From an uncultured Pseudomonadota bacterium (GTDB taxonomy: Bacteria > Pseudomonadota > Alphaproteobacteria > UBA3830): a stretch of DNA of 59,976 nt. Positions 9,140 through 20,142 of the stretch are shown here, piece after piece. Every line of letters starts with the position of its first letter. Position 1 is the stretch's first letter. The position numbers and the translations under genes are program-made. The stretch spans positions 1 to 59,976 of the forward strand of contig CADBNZ010000051.1 of the NCBI GenBank assembly GCA_902796155.1, given 5' to 3'. The notes below the pieces were generated by a model. The model did not search any database. It had not been told where the DNA came from and saw nothing but the letters and a program-made list of their open reading frames with translations.

Positions 9140-10179
9140 CAGATAACAATAAAAACAGACTAAATAACATAAAATATCCGAAAATTCAAAATCTCATGAA
9201 GCGAGGATGCGATATTCTCGGTTCCGATTATGCTATTCTCGGCGGAGCTATGACCTGGATTTCTGATGCGACTCTCGTATCCGCAATGTCTAATGCGGGT
9301 ATATTTGGCGTACTTGCTTCAGGAGCAATGGATGGAGATCTTCTTCGCAAAGAAATCGAAGCAACTCAACAGAAAACATCCCGCAATTTCGGTGTAAACA
9401 TAATATACGTGAATCCAAAATTGCATGATCTTATTGATGTATGCCACGAGAAAAAAGTGTCTCACATAATTATCGCAGGAGGTGTACCTGATAAAGAAGT
9501 CATAGAGAAAATTCATTCGTATGGTATCCAAGTAATGGCTTTTGCGCCTGCGCTTTCTATTGCGAAACGCCTTTTCAAGAACGGCATTGACGCCTTAATT
9601 CTCGAAGGAAGCGAAGCAGGAGGTCATGTTGGTCCGATCTCTACACTAGTTCTTATCCAAGACGTTTTACTCAATCTCCCTGAATATCCTATTTTCGTTG
9701 CAGGAGGTATTTTACGAGGAGAAATCTTTGCGGGAATGCTATTGCTTGGCGCTGTTGGCTGCCAACTTGGAAGCGTTTTTGCTTGTTGCAAGGAATCTAC
9801 CGCACATGAGAATTTTAAGCTGGCATTTTTGCGTGCCAGCGGACGCGATGCAGTTACTCCCGTTCAATTGCACAAGAAATTTCCGATAGCACCTGTCCGT
9901 GCCATTGAAAACGTAGGTACGGAGGAATTTGTCGCACGTCAACGTGAGGTCATCGGCAAATTTGAGCGTGGAGAAGTGTCTCTCGAAGAAGGTCGCCTAA
10001 TGCTCGAGCATTTTTGGGCAGGTGCACTACGCCGCGCCGCTCGTGAAGGCGACACCGAACGCGGATCTATGATGGCAGGGCAAATCGTAGGACTCATCAA
10101 GGAGGAGCGCTCCATCTCAGATATCATCGACACACTGCTATCCGAAGCCGAATCAATGCTGGAGAAAATCTTACATTAG
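9136..10179 (+). CDS. Nitronate monooxygenase/FabK-like FMN oxidoreductase (possible enoyl-ACP reductase)
   Basis: ILGGAMTW, LEGSEAGGHVG, VAGGI, GSMMAGQIVG; ATG 9136 overlaps lysC stop. Confidence 0.82.
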   Translation: MTDNNKNRLNNIKYPKIQNLMKRGCDILGSDYAILGGAMTWISDATLVSAMSNAGIFGVLASGAMDGDLLRKEIEATQQKTSRNFGVNIIYVNPKLHDLIDVCHEKKVSHIIIAGGVPDKEVIEKIHSYGIQVMAFAPALSIAKRLFKNGIDALILEGSEAGGHVGPISTLVLIQDVLLNLPEYPIFVAGGILRGEIFAGMLLLGAVGCQLGSVFACCKESTAHENFKLAFLRASGRDAVTPVQLHKKFPIAPVRAIENVGTEEFVARQREVIGKFERGEVSLEEGRLMLEHFWAGALRRAAREGDTERGSMMAGQIVGLIKEERSISDIIDTLLSEAESMLEKILH

Positions 10180-10261
10180 CACAGATCCTGAGTCTTATGA
10201 ATCTATTCGCTATATTTTTCTGAAGTAAATTTGAAAAATATGATTAATTGCGTTGCAAATC

Positions 10262-10720
10262 CTATTTCGGAAACATACGTAATTGCGACATTGCTTCTGA
10301 CAAAACAATCGTAGTAGCAATAGCCATATTAAGTGAGCGGCGTTCAGGAAGCATAGGTATTTTTACGCAATATGGAATTTTCGCGAAATCAGTATCAAGA
10401 AAACCATAATGTTCTGAGCCGACCATAATAATATCGTCATCTTGATATTTGAAACTATAATGCGGCGTATGTTCATTATTTGCTTCAAGAGCAATCAGTC
10501 GTCTTCCGCTGTACTTTTTAAGAAACAGCTCGAATGAATCATGAATTTCATAATTTGCGGTCGATATATAATCCATTCCTGCACGTTTTAGTTTTTTATC
10601 ATCAAAAAGAAAACCGAAAGGCCGAATAAGATCTATTTTTACGCCCAAACATGATGATAACCTCATCAAAGTTCCCGTATTTTGTGGTATTTGCGGATGA
10701 TACAGCGCGATATGCAGCAT
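10262..10720 (-). CDS. trmL: tRNA (cytidine/uridine-34-2'-O)-methyltransferase
   Basis: PQIPQNTG, LKRAGMDY, GSEHYG, IPMLPERRSLN SPOUT motifs. Confidence 0.92.
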   Translation of the reverse strand: MLHIALYHPQIPQNTGTLMRLSSCLGVKIDLIRPFGFLFDDKKLKRAGMDYISTANYEIHDSFELFLKKYSGRRLIALEANNEHTPHYSFKYQDDDIIMVGSEHYGFLDTDFAKIPYCVKIPMLPERRSLNMAIATTIVLSEAMSQLRMFPK

Positions 10721-10743
10721 AACTACGGATAAAATAACAAAAT

Positions 10744-11346
10744 CTAGGCGTCAACTATTTCATACAAAAACCATGCAGCACTGATAGCATTTTTTTTGCG
10801 ACAAAAAATCCATGTATCGGTACGATTTTCTACAAAATCGGAATTACCCTCTACAATCATTCCGTTACGATCTTTCAAAACATTGCTTTGCTCCGTAACG
10901 AATTTCACAGTAATAAAAACATCCTCATCATTTGCAGAAACCTCGGTAATATCGACACTTATAAAACGCACCAATATTCCTTCTAGTTTTTCTCCGCGCG
11001 AATTCCTGTCATCAATGGCCATACTAAACGCATTACAAAGCTTTGATGCCAATAAATCTTTCAGAGTTCGCTTATCTCCTTTCGCATAGGCTTCAAAAAT
11101 TATTTCAAACGCCCTTTTGGATTTTTCTAGAAAATCGTGCGGAACAAAATCAGTATAATTGCCGAACATATTCTTGATATTTACTTTGCTATCGTCGTGA
11201 TGTACTTCCTCAATGGAAGAATTGTCTTCGCCGAAACGATTGTTTTTTCTTACATCGACTTTAAATCCGACATTCATTCCAAGAATATCGTTCAATCTTA
11301 TTATAAGAAGTACCGTAATAACGATAAAAATAAGCAGACTTAGCAT
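10744..11346 (-). CDS. Tim44/TimA family membrane protein
   Basis: N-terminal TM, FLEKSKRAFEIIFEAYAKGD, ITVKFVTEQ, DTWIFCR. Confidence 0.85.
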   Translation of the reverse strand: MLSLLIFIVITVLLIIRLNDILGMNVGFKVDVRKNNRFGEDNSSIEEVHHDDSKVNIKNMFGNYTDFVPHDFLEKSKRAFEIIFEAYAKGDKRTLKDLLASKLCNAFSMAIDDRNSRGEKLEGILVRFISVDITEVSANDEDVFITVKFVTEQSNVLKDRNGMIVEGNSDFVENRTDTWIFCRKKNAISAAWFLYEIVDA

Positions 11347-11379
11347 CTTTTCTGCCCCCGTTTTTTAATCTCGCTTTTT

Positions 11380-11946
11380 TTAGGCCTCCGCCGAATAAAT
11401 TTTCGGAAGAGTCACGCCTGTTTGCCCCATGTATTTCCCGCTGCGATCTTTATAGGATATATCGCATATTTCATCTACCTTGAAGAACAAAAATTGACAC
11501 GCGCCTTCGTTTGCGTAGATTTTTGCGGGTAATTGCGTTGTGTTTGAGAACTCGAGAGTCACATGCCCTTCCCATTCCGGCTCAAGAGGAGTTACGTTTA
11601 CAATTATTCCGCAACGAGCATAAGTGGATTTTCCAACGCACAACACAAAAACATCACGTGGAATTTTGAAGTACTCAACAGTGCGAGCCAAAGCAAAACT
11701 GTTTGGCGGAATAATGCAGCAATCTGTTTTACGATCAACAAAACTTTTCGGTGAAAAATTTTTCGGATCAATTATTGCGTTATCTACGTTCGTAAAAATT
11801 TTAAATTCATCCGAAACTCGCGCGTCATATCCATACGATGAAACGCCGTAAGAAATGATTGATTTTTGAGATAATTTGTCGACAAAAGGACTTATCATCT
11901 CTTGTTCTTTTGCAAGTTTACAAATTAATCTGTCGCATAATAACAT
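11380..11946 (-). CDS. dcd: dCTP deaminase
   Basis: [34 protein letters not shown]. Confidence 0.96.
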   Translation of the reverse strand: MLLCDRLICKLAKEQEMISPFVDKLSQKSIISYGVSSYGYDARVSDEFKIFTNVDNAIIDPKNFSPKSFVDRKTDCCIIPPNSFALARTVEYFKIPRDVFVLCVGKSTYARCGIIVNVTPLEPEWEGHVTLEFSNTTQLPAKIYANEGACQFLFFKVDEICDISYKDRSGKYMGQTGVTLPKIYSAEA

Positions 11947-11981
11947 TGTTACTCTTCCCCTTTCTGGATATATGATAAATA

Positions 11982-13421
11982 TTAAATACTAGCTCCGCCA
12001 ACGGTTATTTTATTGATTAATGCGCTTGGTTGTCCGACTCCTACAGGAACCCACTGTCCGTCTTTCCCGCACGTCCCAACACCATTATCCAAAGAAAAAT
12101 CGCCACCTACCATAGAAATTTGCTTCAAAATACTAGGACCGTCTCCAATCAACATCGCACCTTTTACCGGTGACGTTATTTTCCCATTTTCAATCAGATA
12201 AGCCTCAGAAGCGGAAAACACAAATTTCCCGGAAGCTATATCTACCTGGCCATCAGAAAATGTTTTCGCGAAAATTCCGTTTTTGGCTTTCGCTAGCATT
12301 TCTTCAAAAGAAGCGTCACCGCCGAGCATAAATGTATTGGTCATACGAGGCATAGGAGTATGAGCATAACTTTCTCTGCGGCCATTTCCTGTTGGCGCAC
12401 AATTCATCAATCGAGCATTCATACGATCCTGCATAAAACCGACCAATTTGCCGTTTTCAATCAAGACATTGCGTTGGGTCGGTGTCCCTTCATCATCAAT
12501 ATTGAGCGAACCTCTACGATTAGCGATTGTTCCATCATCTACAACCGTAACATTTTTCGAACCGATTATTTCGCCGAGCAAATTATGAAAGGCGGAAGTT
12601 TTTTTGCATATAGCATCGCCTTCCAATCCATGACCGACAGCTTCATGCAGCAAAATTCCCGTCCAAGCGTTACCAAGAACAACTGGCATTTCTCCCACAG
12701 GAGTCTTTATAGCAGTCAGCTTGACGTTCGCTTGTCTCAACGCCTCATCGACATACGATTTTTTTGTCGCATCATTTATAAAATTTTCATATCCGAAACG
12801 ACCGCCACCAGAACACATTCCGCTTTCGAAAACGCCATCTTTTTCAATGACTACAGATATGGTAAACCTAACTAACGGCCGAATATCGCATACACGCTTG
12901 CCCGTTTCATTGAGAATGCTGACGACTTGCCATGTACTAGCCAAAACGCCGATTACCTGACGGACATTTTCGGATTTCGAACGCGCGTAAGCGTCTGTTT
13001 CTTGTAAAAATCTGATTTTTTCTTCCAATGAAATTGAATCTATGAATCTAAAACCATTGTAAAGATTATTCTTATTGCTTTTGTCTTCGATTTTTACGCT
13101 GTTTTTATCTGTGTCGTGCAAAAATCTTACCGCCTCGATTGCTTTATTTACCGATGAAACATCAATCGTCGATGAATACGAATATTTAGTCGCGTCTTCT
13201 TTAAAAGTACGCAGTCCAAATCCTTGATTAAAATTCAAACTAGGTGTTTGGATAACTCCATCTTCAATTCGAATAACTTCGCTTTCCTTGTATTCGATGA
13301 ATAACTCACCGCAAACACCGCCACAAAACGCAGGAAGAGCAACATTTTCCACTTTCTGTAAATCACAGATATTATTTTGAAGAAAATTACTCGCTTCTGT
13401 CGCTCTTGCACAAATCATCAA
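11982..13421 (-). CDS. tldD: Metalloprotease TldD (start uncertain)
   Basis: [46 protein letters not shown]. Confidence 0.94.
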   Translation of the reverse strand: MMICARATEASNFLQNNICDLQKVENVALPAFCGGVCGELFIEYKESEVIRIEDGVIQTPSLNFNQGFGLRTFKEDATKYSYSSTIDVSSVNKAIEAVRFLHDTDKNSVKIEDKSNKNNLYNGFRFIDSISLEEKIRFLQETDAYARSKSENVRQVIGVLASTWQVVSILNETGKRVCDIRPLVRFTISVVIEKDGVFESGMCSGGGRFGYENFINDATKKSYVDEALRQANVKLTAIKTPVGEMPVVLGNAWTGILLHEAVGHGLEGDAICKKTSAFHNLLGEIIGSKNVTVVDDGTIANRRGSLNIDDEGTPTQRNVLIENGKLVGFMQDRMNARLMNCAPTGNGRRESYAHTPMPRMTNTFMLGGDASFEEMLAKAKNGIFAKTFSDGQVDIASGKFVFSASEAYLIENGKITSPVKGAMLIGDGPSILKQISMVGGDFSLDNGVGTCGKDGQWVPVGVGQPSALINKITVGGASI

Positions 13422-13967
13422 TTATGCTTCCTGTTGCTGCTGTTTTGCTTCTGATGGTTTTATCGCTTTTACGGCGTTTTCTAAATCCATTTGCGAACAA
13501 AAACCGAGCAAAACAGGATCTTTCGGATGTAATTCATGCATACGGGCATGCGTTTTGTTTCGAATCGCTTGAACTGTCGTTTTTGTTGTCGAAATAAGAG
13601 AGCAAATTGCTGCATCTGTCATATCCGGATAATATTTCAACAACCAAGCGATAGCATTAGGACGATCTCGACGCTTCAATAAAGGTGTGTACTTCCTCTT
13701 GCTTTTCTGCTTTGCTAAAACCATATTAGGTACCGCCAAAGTCAACTTCGCACTTGGATCTTTGCTGCAACGCTCTATTTCTTCGCGCGTCAATTGACCC
13801 GTAGAAATAGGATCAACCCCAATCATCCCCGTCGCAACTTGCTCATCGGCGATAGCTTTAACCTCCAGAGGGTGCAAACCGCAAAAATCCGCGATTTGTT
13901 CAAATGTAAGTGCCGTGTTTTCGATTAACCAAACAGCTGTACCATGCGGCATGATAGGAGTAACCAT
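13422..13967 (-). CDS. trcR: DUF1013 cell-cycle transcriptional regulator TrcR
   Basis: MPHGTAVWLIENTALTFEQIADFCGLHPLEV, DRPNAIAWL, DPVLLGFCSQ. Confidence 0.88.
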   Translation of the reverse strand: MVTPIMPHGTAVWLIENTALTFEQIADFCGLHPLEVKAIADEQVATGMIGVDPISTGQLTREEIERCSKDPSAKLTLAVPNMVLAKQKSKRKYTPLLKRRDRPNAIAWLLKYYPDMTDAAICSLISTTKTTVQAIRNKTHARMHELHPKDPVLLGFCSQMDLENAVKAIKPSEAKQQQQEA

Positions 13968-14111
13968 ATTTTTTCTCCACTACTTTAATTATTTTGTTCG
14001 TTCAAAAATTATTACAAAAATCTGGAAGCCATTTTACACATTTTATCGTACATTGCATAGAAAAATCAGCAATACAATTGCGTATGATGATATGATGAAA
14101 TGTCCCATTCT

Positions 14112-16574
14112 CTAATAAATTCCCATCACAGGATTGATGATTTTTTCATCATCTTCCGCTTGTTTCTCGGTTGAATTATCTTTTATTTCATCTTCGCTGT
14201 CGAGCAAATCAAGCAAACTGCTATGTTTCTTACTGTCATTTGCATCATTTCCGCCCATGATATTTTCCTCTGAAACATCTTCATCGTCTTTAAATGCCTC
14301 AATCATCGATGTTCCTGGAATATCTGATGGTTTTCCGCCTGTTTCTATGTCGATTTTTCGCAATTTTATTCCTTTCGGCACCTTAAACGGCGTTGGAGTG
14401 AGAAACTTTTTTGTTTTTTCCATAAAAGATATGAATATAGGCAGAGCCGTGTTCGATCCGTTCGCGTTTTTTCCGAGATTTTTAGATTGCTCATCGAATC
14501 CGACAAAAACACCAACAGCAATATCAGGAGTATATCCAACAAACCATGTATCGCGGCTTTCATTGCTCGTTCCTGTTTTTCCTGCCATAGGGAAGTTGAG
14601 AAAGCGCGCCGACGCTCCTGAACCTCTCAGTATTACCCCTTCAAGCAACGACGTTATCTGATATATGCTTCGCTCATCCAATATTTGCGCACGATTATCG
14701 TTTAATTTCGGAGGAAATGGCGCGTCAAATCCTATGCTGTTATCGATTATACGATTGTCATTCTTGTATAAGACATTGCCGTATCTATCCAGCACATAAT
14801 CAACCATTGTTGGATGAATACGTTTGCCGCCATTTGCAAGCATTGCGTAAGCTGTAGTTAGCTTCAGCAGAGTTGTTTCACCTGCTCCGAGCGCATACGA
14901 CAGCAACTCTGGCATTTTATCGAAAATTCCGAACTGTTCAGCAATTCTCGCTATTTTATCTAACCCCGTTTCTTGCGCGATTCTGATTGTTGCAGTATTT
15001 ATCGATCTCTCAAGAGCTCTTCGCATAGTGATTTTGTCGATTTCCATGCCATGATAATTTTTTGGTTTCCATACTCCCAACGTTTCGCCAAGATCGACTT
15101 CAACAGCGCTGGCATCGATAACTGTATTAGGCGCGAATCCATTTTCCAGTCCTGCCAAATACACAAACGGCTTAAAGGCCGACCCACACTGTCGCAAAGC
15201 CTGAGTCGCACGATTAAACTCGCTCATGGAAAATGAATATCCGCCTTGCATTGCAAGAATACGCCCCGTCTCAACTTCGATTACTATTATCGCCCCCTGT
15301 ACGTGAGGTACTTGCTTTACGGTAAAATCTGAGATGATTTTTTTGCTCTTTCCGACTTTTTGCACCAGAATAACATCGCCTGGCTTTATTTTTTTACCAA
15401 TCCATCTAACATCCGCTTCTATAAGTCTACCAAGGTCATTATTTTCGGTCAAAATTGATACTTTTTTGCCAGAAACAGCGGCAACGACAGCTTTTATAAA
15501 GTCCTCACCACCTTTTGGAGTCCGTATTTTCCTCAAAACAGCAATTGCATCGGCTCGGTTGGTATGGATGTTCATATTTCCGATTGCTCCGCGCCATCCG
15601 AAACGGCGATCAACGTTCTCTAATCCTTTTCGCAACGCCTCATATGCGCACTTCTGGAATCTTGGATCTAGAGTGGCACGCACAATCAACCCTTCTTTAT
15701 TCAAACTATCCGATGGAAAATGCTCCATCAAATATTTGCGAATTTCTTCAGCAAAATATTCGGCTTTAGCATCTTGCTCTTGCGCTTCCGTCATTCGCAA
15801 ATCTTCTTCTATTGCGTCCTTCGCTTCGGCATTTGATATATAACCGTCTTCAAGTTGGCGATTTATGACCCAATTTCTTCGTGTAATTGCTTTTTGCTTA
15901 TTTTTTACCGGATGATAATTGTTCGCCCCTTTCACAAGTGACGCAAGATAAGAACATTCGGCGATAGTAAGCTCGTCCAAAGTTTTGTTGAAGTACGTTT
16001 TTGCTGCTGCAACTACGCCATAAGTTCCAAGTCCCATATAAACCTGATTTAAATACAGTTCCAAAATCTGGCGTTTTGAAAGTGTAGATTCTATTCGATG
16101 AGAAAGAATCGCCTCTTTTATCTTTCTTATATACGAGATTTCATTTGTTTTTATCAAAAATATACGCGCTACCTGTTGAGTAATGGTTGACGCTCCTTGA
16201 GGTCGCCTCCCCTTCCCTATATTTTCCAGATTTTTGAGCGCTGACCTTATAATACCTTGAAAATCTACGCCTGCATGTTGAAAGAAGTGCTTGTCTTCAG
16301 CCGCAATAAATGCATTAATTAACTTTTGAGGTATCTTATTAATAGGAACGAAATAGCGTTTTTCGTATGAGTACTCGGCAAGTTTGCTTCCGTCTTGCAA
16401 AAATACACGACTCGAAACGCTCGGAACATATTTTTGCAGCGATGTATGATCGGGTAAATCAGACAGCGGAGAATAAAGATATGCGAAACCGATTAATACC
16501 AATCCACCGCAAAATCCCGCAAGCAATGCAAGCCTAAATACCCACTTAACAAACCGAATAATGAATCTTTTCAT
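14112..16574 (-). CDS. mrcA: Penicillin-binding protein 1A
   Basis: AAEDKHFFQH, GASTITQQ, SAFK (SxxK), SIN, KTGT. Confidence 0.94.
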   Translation of the reverse strand: MKRFIIRFVKWVFRLALLAGFCGGLVLIGFAYLYSPLSDLPDHTSLQKYVPSVSSRVFLQDGSKLAEYSYEKRYFVPINKIPQKLINAFIAAEDKHFFQHAGVDFQGIIRSALKNLENIGKGRRPQGASTITQQVARIFLIKTNEISYIRKIKEAILSHRIESTLSKRQILELYLNQVYMGLGTYGVVAAAKTYFNKTLDELTIAECSYLASLVKGANNYHPVKNKQKAITRRNWVINRQLEDGYISNAEAKDAIEEDLRMTEAQEQDAKAEYFAEEIRKYLMEHFPSDSLNKEGLIVRATLDPRFQKCAYEALRKGLENVDRRFGWRGAIGNMNIHTNRADAIAVLRKIRTPKGGEDFIKAVVAAVSGKKVSILTENNDLGRLIEADVRWIGKKIKPGDVILVQKVGKSKKIISDFTVKQVPHVQGAIIVIEVETGRILAMQGGYSFSMSEFNRATQALRQCGSAFKPFVYLAGLENGFAPNTVIDASAVEVDLGETLGVWKPKNYHGMEIDKITMRRALERSINTATIRIAQETGLDKIARIAEQFGIFDKMPELLSYALGAGETTLLKLTTAYAMLANGGKRIHPTMVDYVLDRYGNVLYKNDNRIIDNSIGFDAPFPPKLNDNRAQILDERSIYQITSLLEGVILRGSGASARFLNFPMAGKTGTSNESRDTWFVGYTPDIAVGVFVGFDEQSKNLGKNANGSNTALPIFISFMEKTKKFLTPTPFKVPKGIKLRKIDIETGGKPSDIPGTSMIEAFKDDEDVSEENIMGGNDANDSKKHSSLLDLLDSEDEIKDNSTEKQAEDDEKIINPVMGIY

Positions 16575-16580
16575 ATTCGC

Positions 16581-17609
16581 CTATTCTTCTTTTTCGAAAA
16601 ACTTATCTAAGGCATACAAAATAGCACGATTGGTTTTCTCTCGAAAAGCTCTAGAATGCAATAATTGATTATCAATTTTATTTGATACGCATCCTAGCAC
16701 AATTAAAATAGCCGGATATAGGAGTTTCAGTATTTTTAGTTCGACATCCCTTCGCGGATGATTCTTGAATTTACAAGATGTCGGAATATAGCTGACCAAA
16801 GTATTCGCAAACTTACGTGAACGTGCCAGATTTTTGTAATACTCATCTGATTCTTGCTGCGGTATAGTGCTCTCGTTCTTTACAAAATCCAAAGTCGGAA
16901 GAGTATAGACCGACATACCTCTCATTTTTTTATCGCTGTTGCTGTCAGTGTGCAATGAAATCAAAAGATCGGCGTTTGCTGCTAACTCTTTTCTTTTCTC
17001 TATGGGAACAAACTGATCCCTGTCGCGCGTCAAAATCACGTTATATTTTCCGCTTGCTGTAAGTTTGTTCCTCAATTCTATTGCCGCAATTAACGCAATA
17101 TTTTTTTCATAATCTCCGCTAAGACAACGTGTCCCCGGATCTTTTCCACCATGCCCCGCATCTATGACGATATTGCGCTTCTTTTGCAGCTTAAATCCAA
17201 GACGTATTGAGTTATTAGTGTATCGCTTTTCGACAAAATTCACACGTTCTTTAAGAGACAGAATCATAAGTAATGATGATTCTCCTATTTGTTCGAAAAA
17301 ATAACCGTTTATCAGTTTATGATTTTTGATTTTCGGAGTTTTCGGAGCTCTAACCTTCTCTTTAAACGAAAGAATCAGCTTTGCGCCCTTAGGTAAAGTG
17401 TGAATCCTAGGAGAAAAATGCACACTATTCTCAAAATCAACGCAAAAATAGTATTTGTCCGACTCTTTTTTCAGATAAATCTTTTTTATAGGCTGAATAT
17501 TTGACACTTTTGTTTGAGTTGCGCACACAAACGGCAAAAATATACAAATTAAAATAAATATAACACAACTTTTTTTAATCACGGCGGATAATATCTGTAC
17601 TTTGTGCAT
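16581..17609 (-). CDS. amiC: N-acetylmuramoyl-L-alanine amidase (Amidase_3, AmiC-like); catalytic Glu appears replaced by Val
   Basis: IVIDAGHGGKDPG, EKNIAL, LISLHTDS, PAILIVLG; sits between rne and mrcA as is usual in alphaproteobacteria. Confidence 0.82.
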   Translation of the reverse strand: MHKVQILSAVIKKSCVIFILICIFLPFVCATQTKVSNIQPIKKIYLKKESDKYYFCVDFENSVHFSPRIHTLPKGAKLILSFKEKVRAPKTPKIKNHKLINGYFFEQIGESSLLMILSLKERVNFVEKRYTNNSIRLGFKLQKKRNIVIDAGHGGKDPGTRCLSGDYEKNIALIAAIELRNKLTASGKYNVILTRDRDQFVPIEKRKELAANADLLISLHTDSNSDKKMRGMSVYTLPTLDFVKNESTIPQQESDEYYKNLARSRKFANTLVSYIPTSCKFKNHPRRDVELKILKLLYPAILIVLGCVSNKIDNQLLHSRAFREKTNRAILYALDKFFEKEE

Positions 17610-17816
17610 TATAACATTATTTACTTATGATAAGTAGTGTATTAAACTAACGACCGATGAATATAATACATCGTGTTTTATGTATTAAGTATTAGGTTTT
17701 TATTTACGTACGGCAATACGGAGTTTGTTAATTGAGATTTCTTAAAGAAACAATTGAAGAACAGTATATCTCAGGCTCTGTTGCATGTCGTTCTGTTTTT
17801 TATGGAGTCATTGTAA

Positions 17817-20021
17817 ATGTCGAAAAATATGCTGATAGATTCAGCGCACTTAGAAGAAATAAGGGTAGCTGTAGTAGACGGAGATAAATTAGATAAATTT
17901 GATTTTGCATCACCATCGAAAGTTCAAATAAAAGGAAATATATATCTCGGGAAAATTGTCAGAGTCGAACCATCGCTTCAAGCTGCTTTCGTTGATTTCG
18001 GAGGAGATAAGCACGGTTTTCTGAGTTTCAGCGAAATACATCACGACTATTTTCAAATTCCTGTAAGTGACCGCGAGGAATTAGAAGCTCGTATTCAGGA
18101 AGCTATGGCTGCGCATACCGATGATGAAGGTGAAGCCGATGAAGATATTGATTCAAGAGAGATTTCTCGTTTGCGATACCAGTTCTATCGCCGTTATAAG
18201 ATTCAAGAGGTCATAAAGAAGCGCCAAATTGTACTTGTGCAAGTCACGAAAGAGGCGCGCGGAGTAAAAGGCGCAGCTCTTACCACATACATATCATTAG
18301 CTGGCAGATACTGCGTTCTCATGCCGAATATGTCCAAAGGAAGCGGAGTTTCAAGAAAAATTTCCAATCCGAAAGACCGCATAAAAATGAAAAAAATCGT
18401 TTCCGAACTGAACATAGAAAACGGAAGTACAGTAATTCGCACTGCAGGCGTAGGGCATACTAAACTTGAGATAAGAAAAGATTTCGAATACTTGAAAAAA
18501 TTGTGGGACGAAATTCGCGGCACAACGCTAAAATCAACTGCGCCAAGTTTGATTTACGAAGAAGCGAATATAATAAAGCGAGCAATTCGCGATCTTTATT
18601 CGCGTGATGTTGAATCTATTGTTGTTGAGGGAGAAGCTGGCTATAAATTTACAAAAGATCTCGTCAGAAAACTTATGCCAAGCCATGCGAAGAAAGTTAA
18701 GTTATACGATGACAAGAAACTCCCGTTATTTAGCAAATTCAATATAAATGAGCAGGTAAATCAAATTTATTCGACACGTGTTGATCTTCCTTCAGGAGGA
18801 TATTTAGTCATAAATCCGACAGAAGCACTTGTTTCGATTGATGTTAACTCCGGGAAATCGACAAGAGCTCGTGACATTGCGGGAACAGCGATAAAAACCA
18901 ACCTTGAAGCGGCTGTCGAAATTGCACGCCAATGCCGTCTAAGAGATTTGGCGGGATTAATAGTCGTCGATTTCATTGATATGGAAGACAAACGCAGCAA
19001 TAATCAGGTCGAACGATGCCTGCGTGAAGCTCTGCGCGAAGATAAAGCAAGAATACAGGTCGGCGCAATAAGTAACTTTGGCCTACTTGAGTTTTCTCGC
19101 CAACGTTTGCGCTCGAGTATAGCTGACGCAAATATGGTCACATGCCCACACTGCAGTGGCACGGGATTTATATGGTCCGATGAATCTATCGCTTTGCAAA
19201 TTCTCAGGAAAATCGAAGAAACATGTATGGCTTTGGATCTTTCTGAAGTTACCGTAACTTTATCAACCGATGTCGCATTGTATTTGCTGAATAATAAGAA
19301 AGATTTTATATCAAGCATCGAAAAAAGAGGTTTGAAAGTAAAATTTGCGATAGATCCGACTATTGCAGCTGTAGACTTTAAGATTGCTCACGTTATGAAA
19401 CCAGTGTCATCAGATGATGACGAACCTCAACATTCATCTGAAGAAAAAACAGTAGAACGCATTAATACCAAAAGCAATAGAGGCAAGCATTCCAGACAGC
19501 AAGTAACATCAAAAACAGAAGATATTGCTACTACATCAACAGATGAAACAAATGAAGATGTTGAAAAATCTTCTTTTCATAAGAAAAACAATAATGGAGC
19601 AAGAAATTCAGAAAAGGAATCATCTCAGCAGGACGAGAAATCGTCAACATACTCAACGAAACGACGGAATTGGAAACAAAAGAAAGAAAAAGATAATGTA
19701 ACATCACAAAATATTCCTGAAGATTCTTCTAAAACCGTATTTAATATAGCTGCGAAAAAATCGAAGAAAAAAGATGCAGAATCAGAAGAAGAAATACCGT
19801 CTGAAGAGACTCCAAAATCATCCGTAGTTGATGAAAGCAGCATAAATTTCGTTTCCGAGAAGGATATTGGCACTTTTGTAGAGAAATATTGTGAAGTTGA
19901 AAAAAATGTTCAGAATTCACCGAAAAAAGACGATGAGCTCATGCCTATTAACAAGAAAAAAGGCAAGAAAAGCGGTTGGTGGCAAAGACTGCTAAAACCA
20001 ACCAGCCATGAGGAAGAATAA
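17817..20021 (+). CDS. rne: Ribonuclease E (Rne/Rng family)
   Basis: GNIYLGKIVRVEPSLQAAFV, TEALVSIDVNSG, VDFIDM, CPHC Zn-link, disordered C-terminal tail. Confidence 0.96.
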   Translation: MSKNMLIDSAHLEEIRVAVVDGDKLDKFDFASPSKVQIKGNIYLGKIVRVEPSLQAAFVDFGGDKHGFLSFSEIHHDYFQIPVSDREELEARIQEAMAAHTDDEGEADEDIDSREISRLRYQFYRRYKIQEVIKKRQIVLVQVTKEARGVKGAALTTYISLAGRYCVLMPNMSKGSGVSRKISNPKDRIKMKKIVSELNIENGSTVIRTAGVGHTKLEIRKDFEYLKKLWDEIRGTTLKSTAPSLIYEEANIIKRAIRDLYSRDVESIVVEGEAGYKFTKDLVRKLMPSHAKKVKLYDDKKLPLFSKFNINEQVNQIYSTRVDLPSGGYLVINPTEALVSIDVNSGKSTRARDIAGTAIKTNLEAAVEIARQCRLRDLAGLIVVDFIDMEDKRSNNQVERCLREALREDKARIQVGAISNFGLLEFSRQRLRSSIADANMVTCPHCSGTGFIWSDESIALQILRKIEETCMALDLSEVTVTLSTDVALYLLNNKKDFISSIEKRGLKVKFAIDPTIAAVDFKIAHVMKPVSSDDDEPQHSSEEKTVERINTKSNRGKHSRQQVTSKTEDIATTSTDETNEDVEKSSFHKKNNNGARNSEKESSQQDEKSSTYSTKRRNWKQKKEKDNVTSQNIPEDSSKTVFNIAAKKSKKKDAESEEEIPSEETPKSSVVDESSINFVSEKDIGTFVEKYCEVEKNVQNSPKKDDELMPINKKKGKKSGWWQRLLKPTSHEEE

Positions 20022-20100
20022 ATAAGGTTTATTAGAAAAGCGAGAGTTTAATGAGTTCGTATTGAAATTGAAAAACTTCAAAGAAACAATCTCGCTCCCT

Positions 20101-20129
20101 TTGTTCTCTCTCCCTTTTTATGCTACCAT
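20101..20129 (+). promoter_or_regulatory. Putative sigma70 promoter of rnpB
   Basis: TTGTTC-N17-TACCAT with TG extended -10, just upstream of the P1 helix. Confidence 0.45.
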
Positions 20130-20142
20130 ACCTCTGTTTTTA

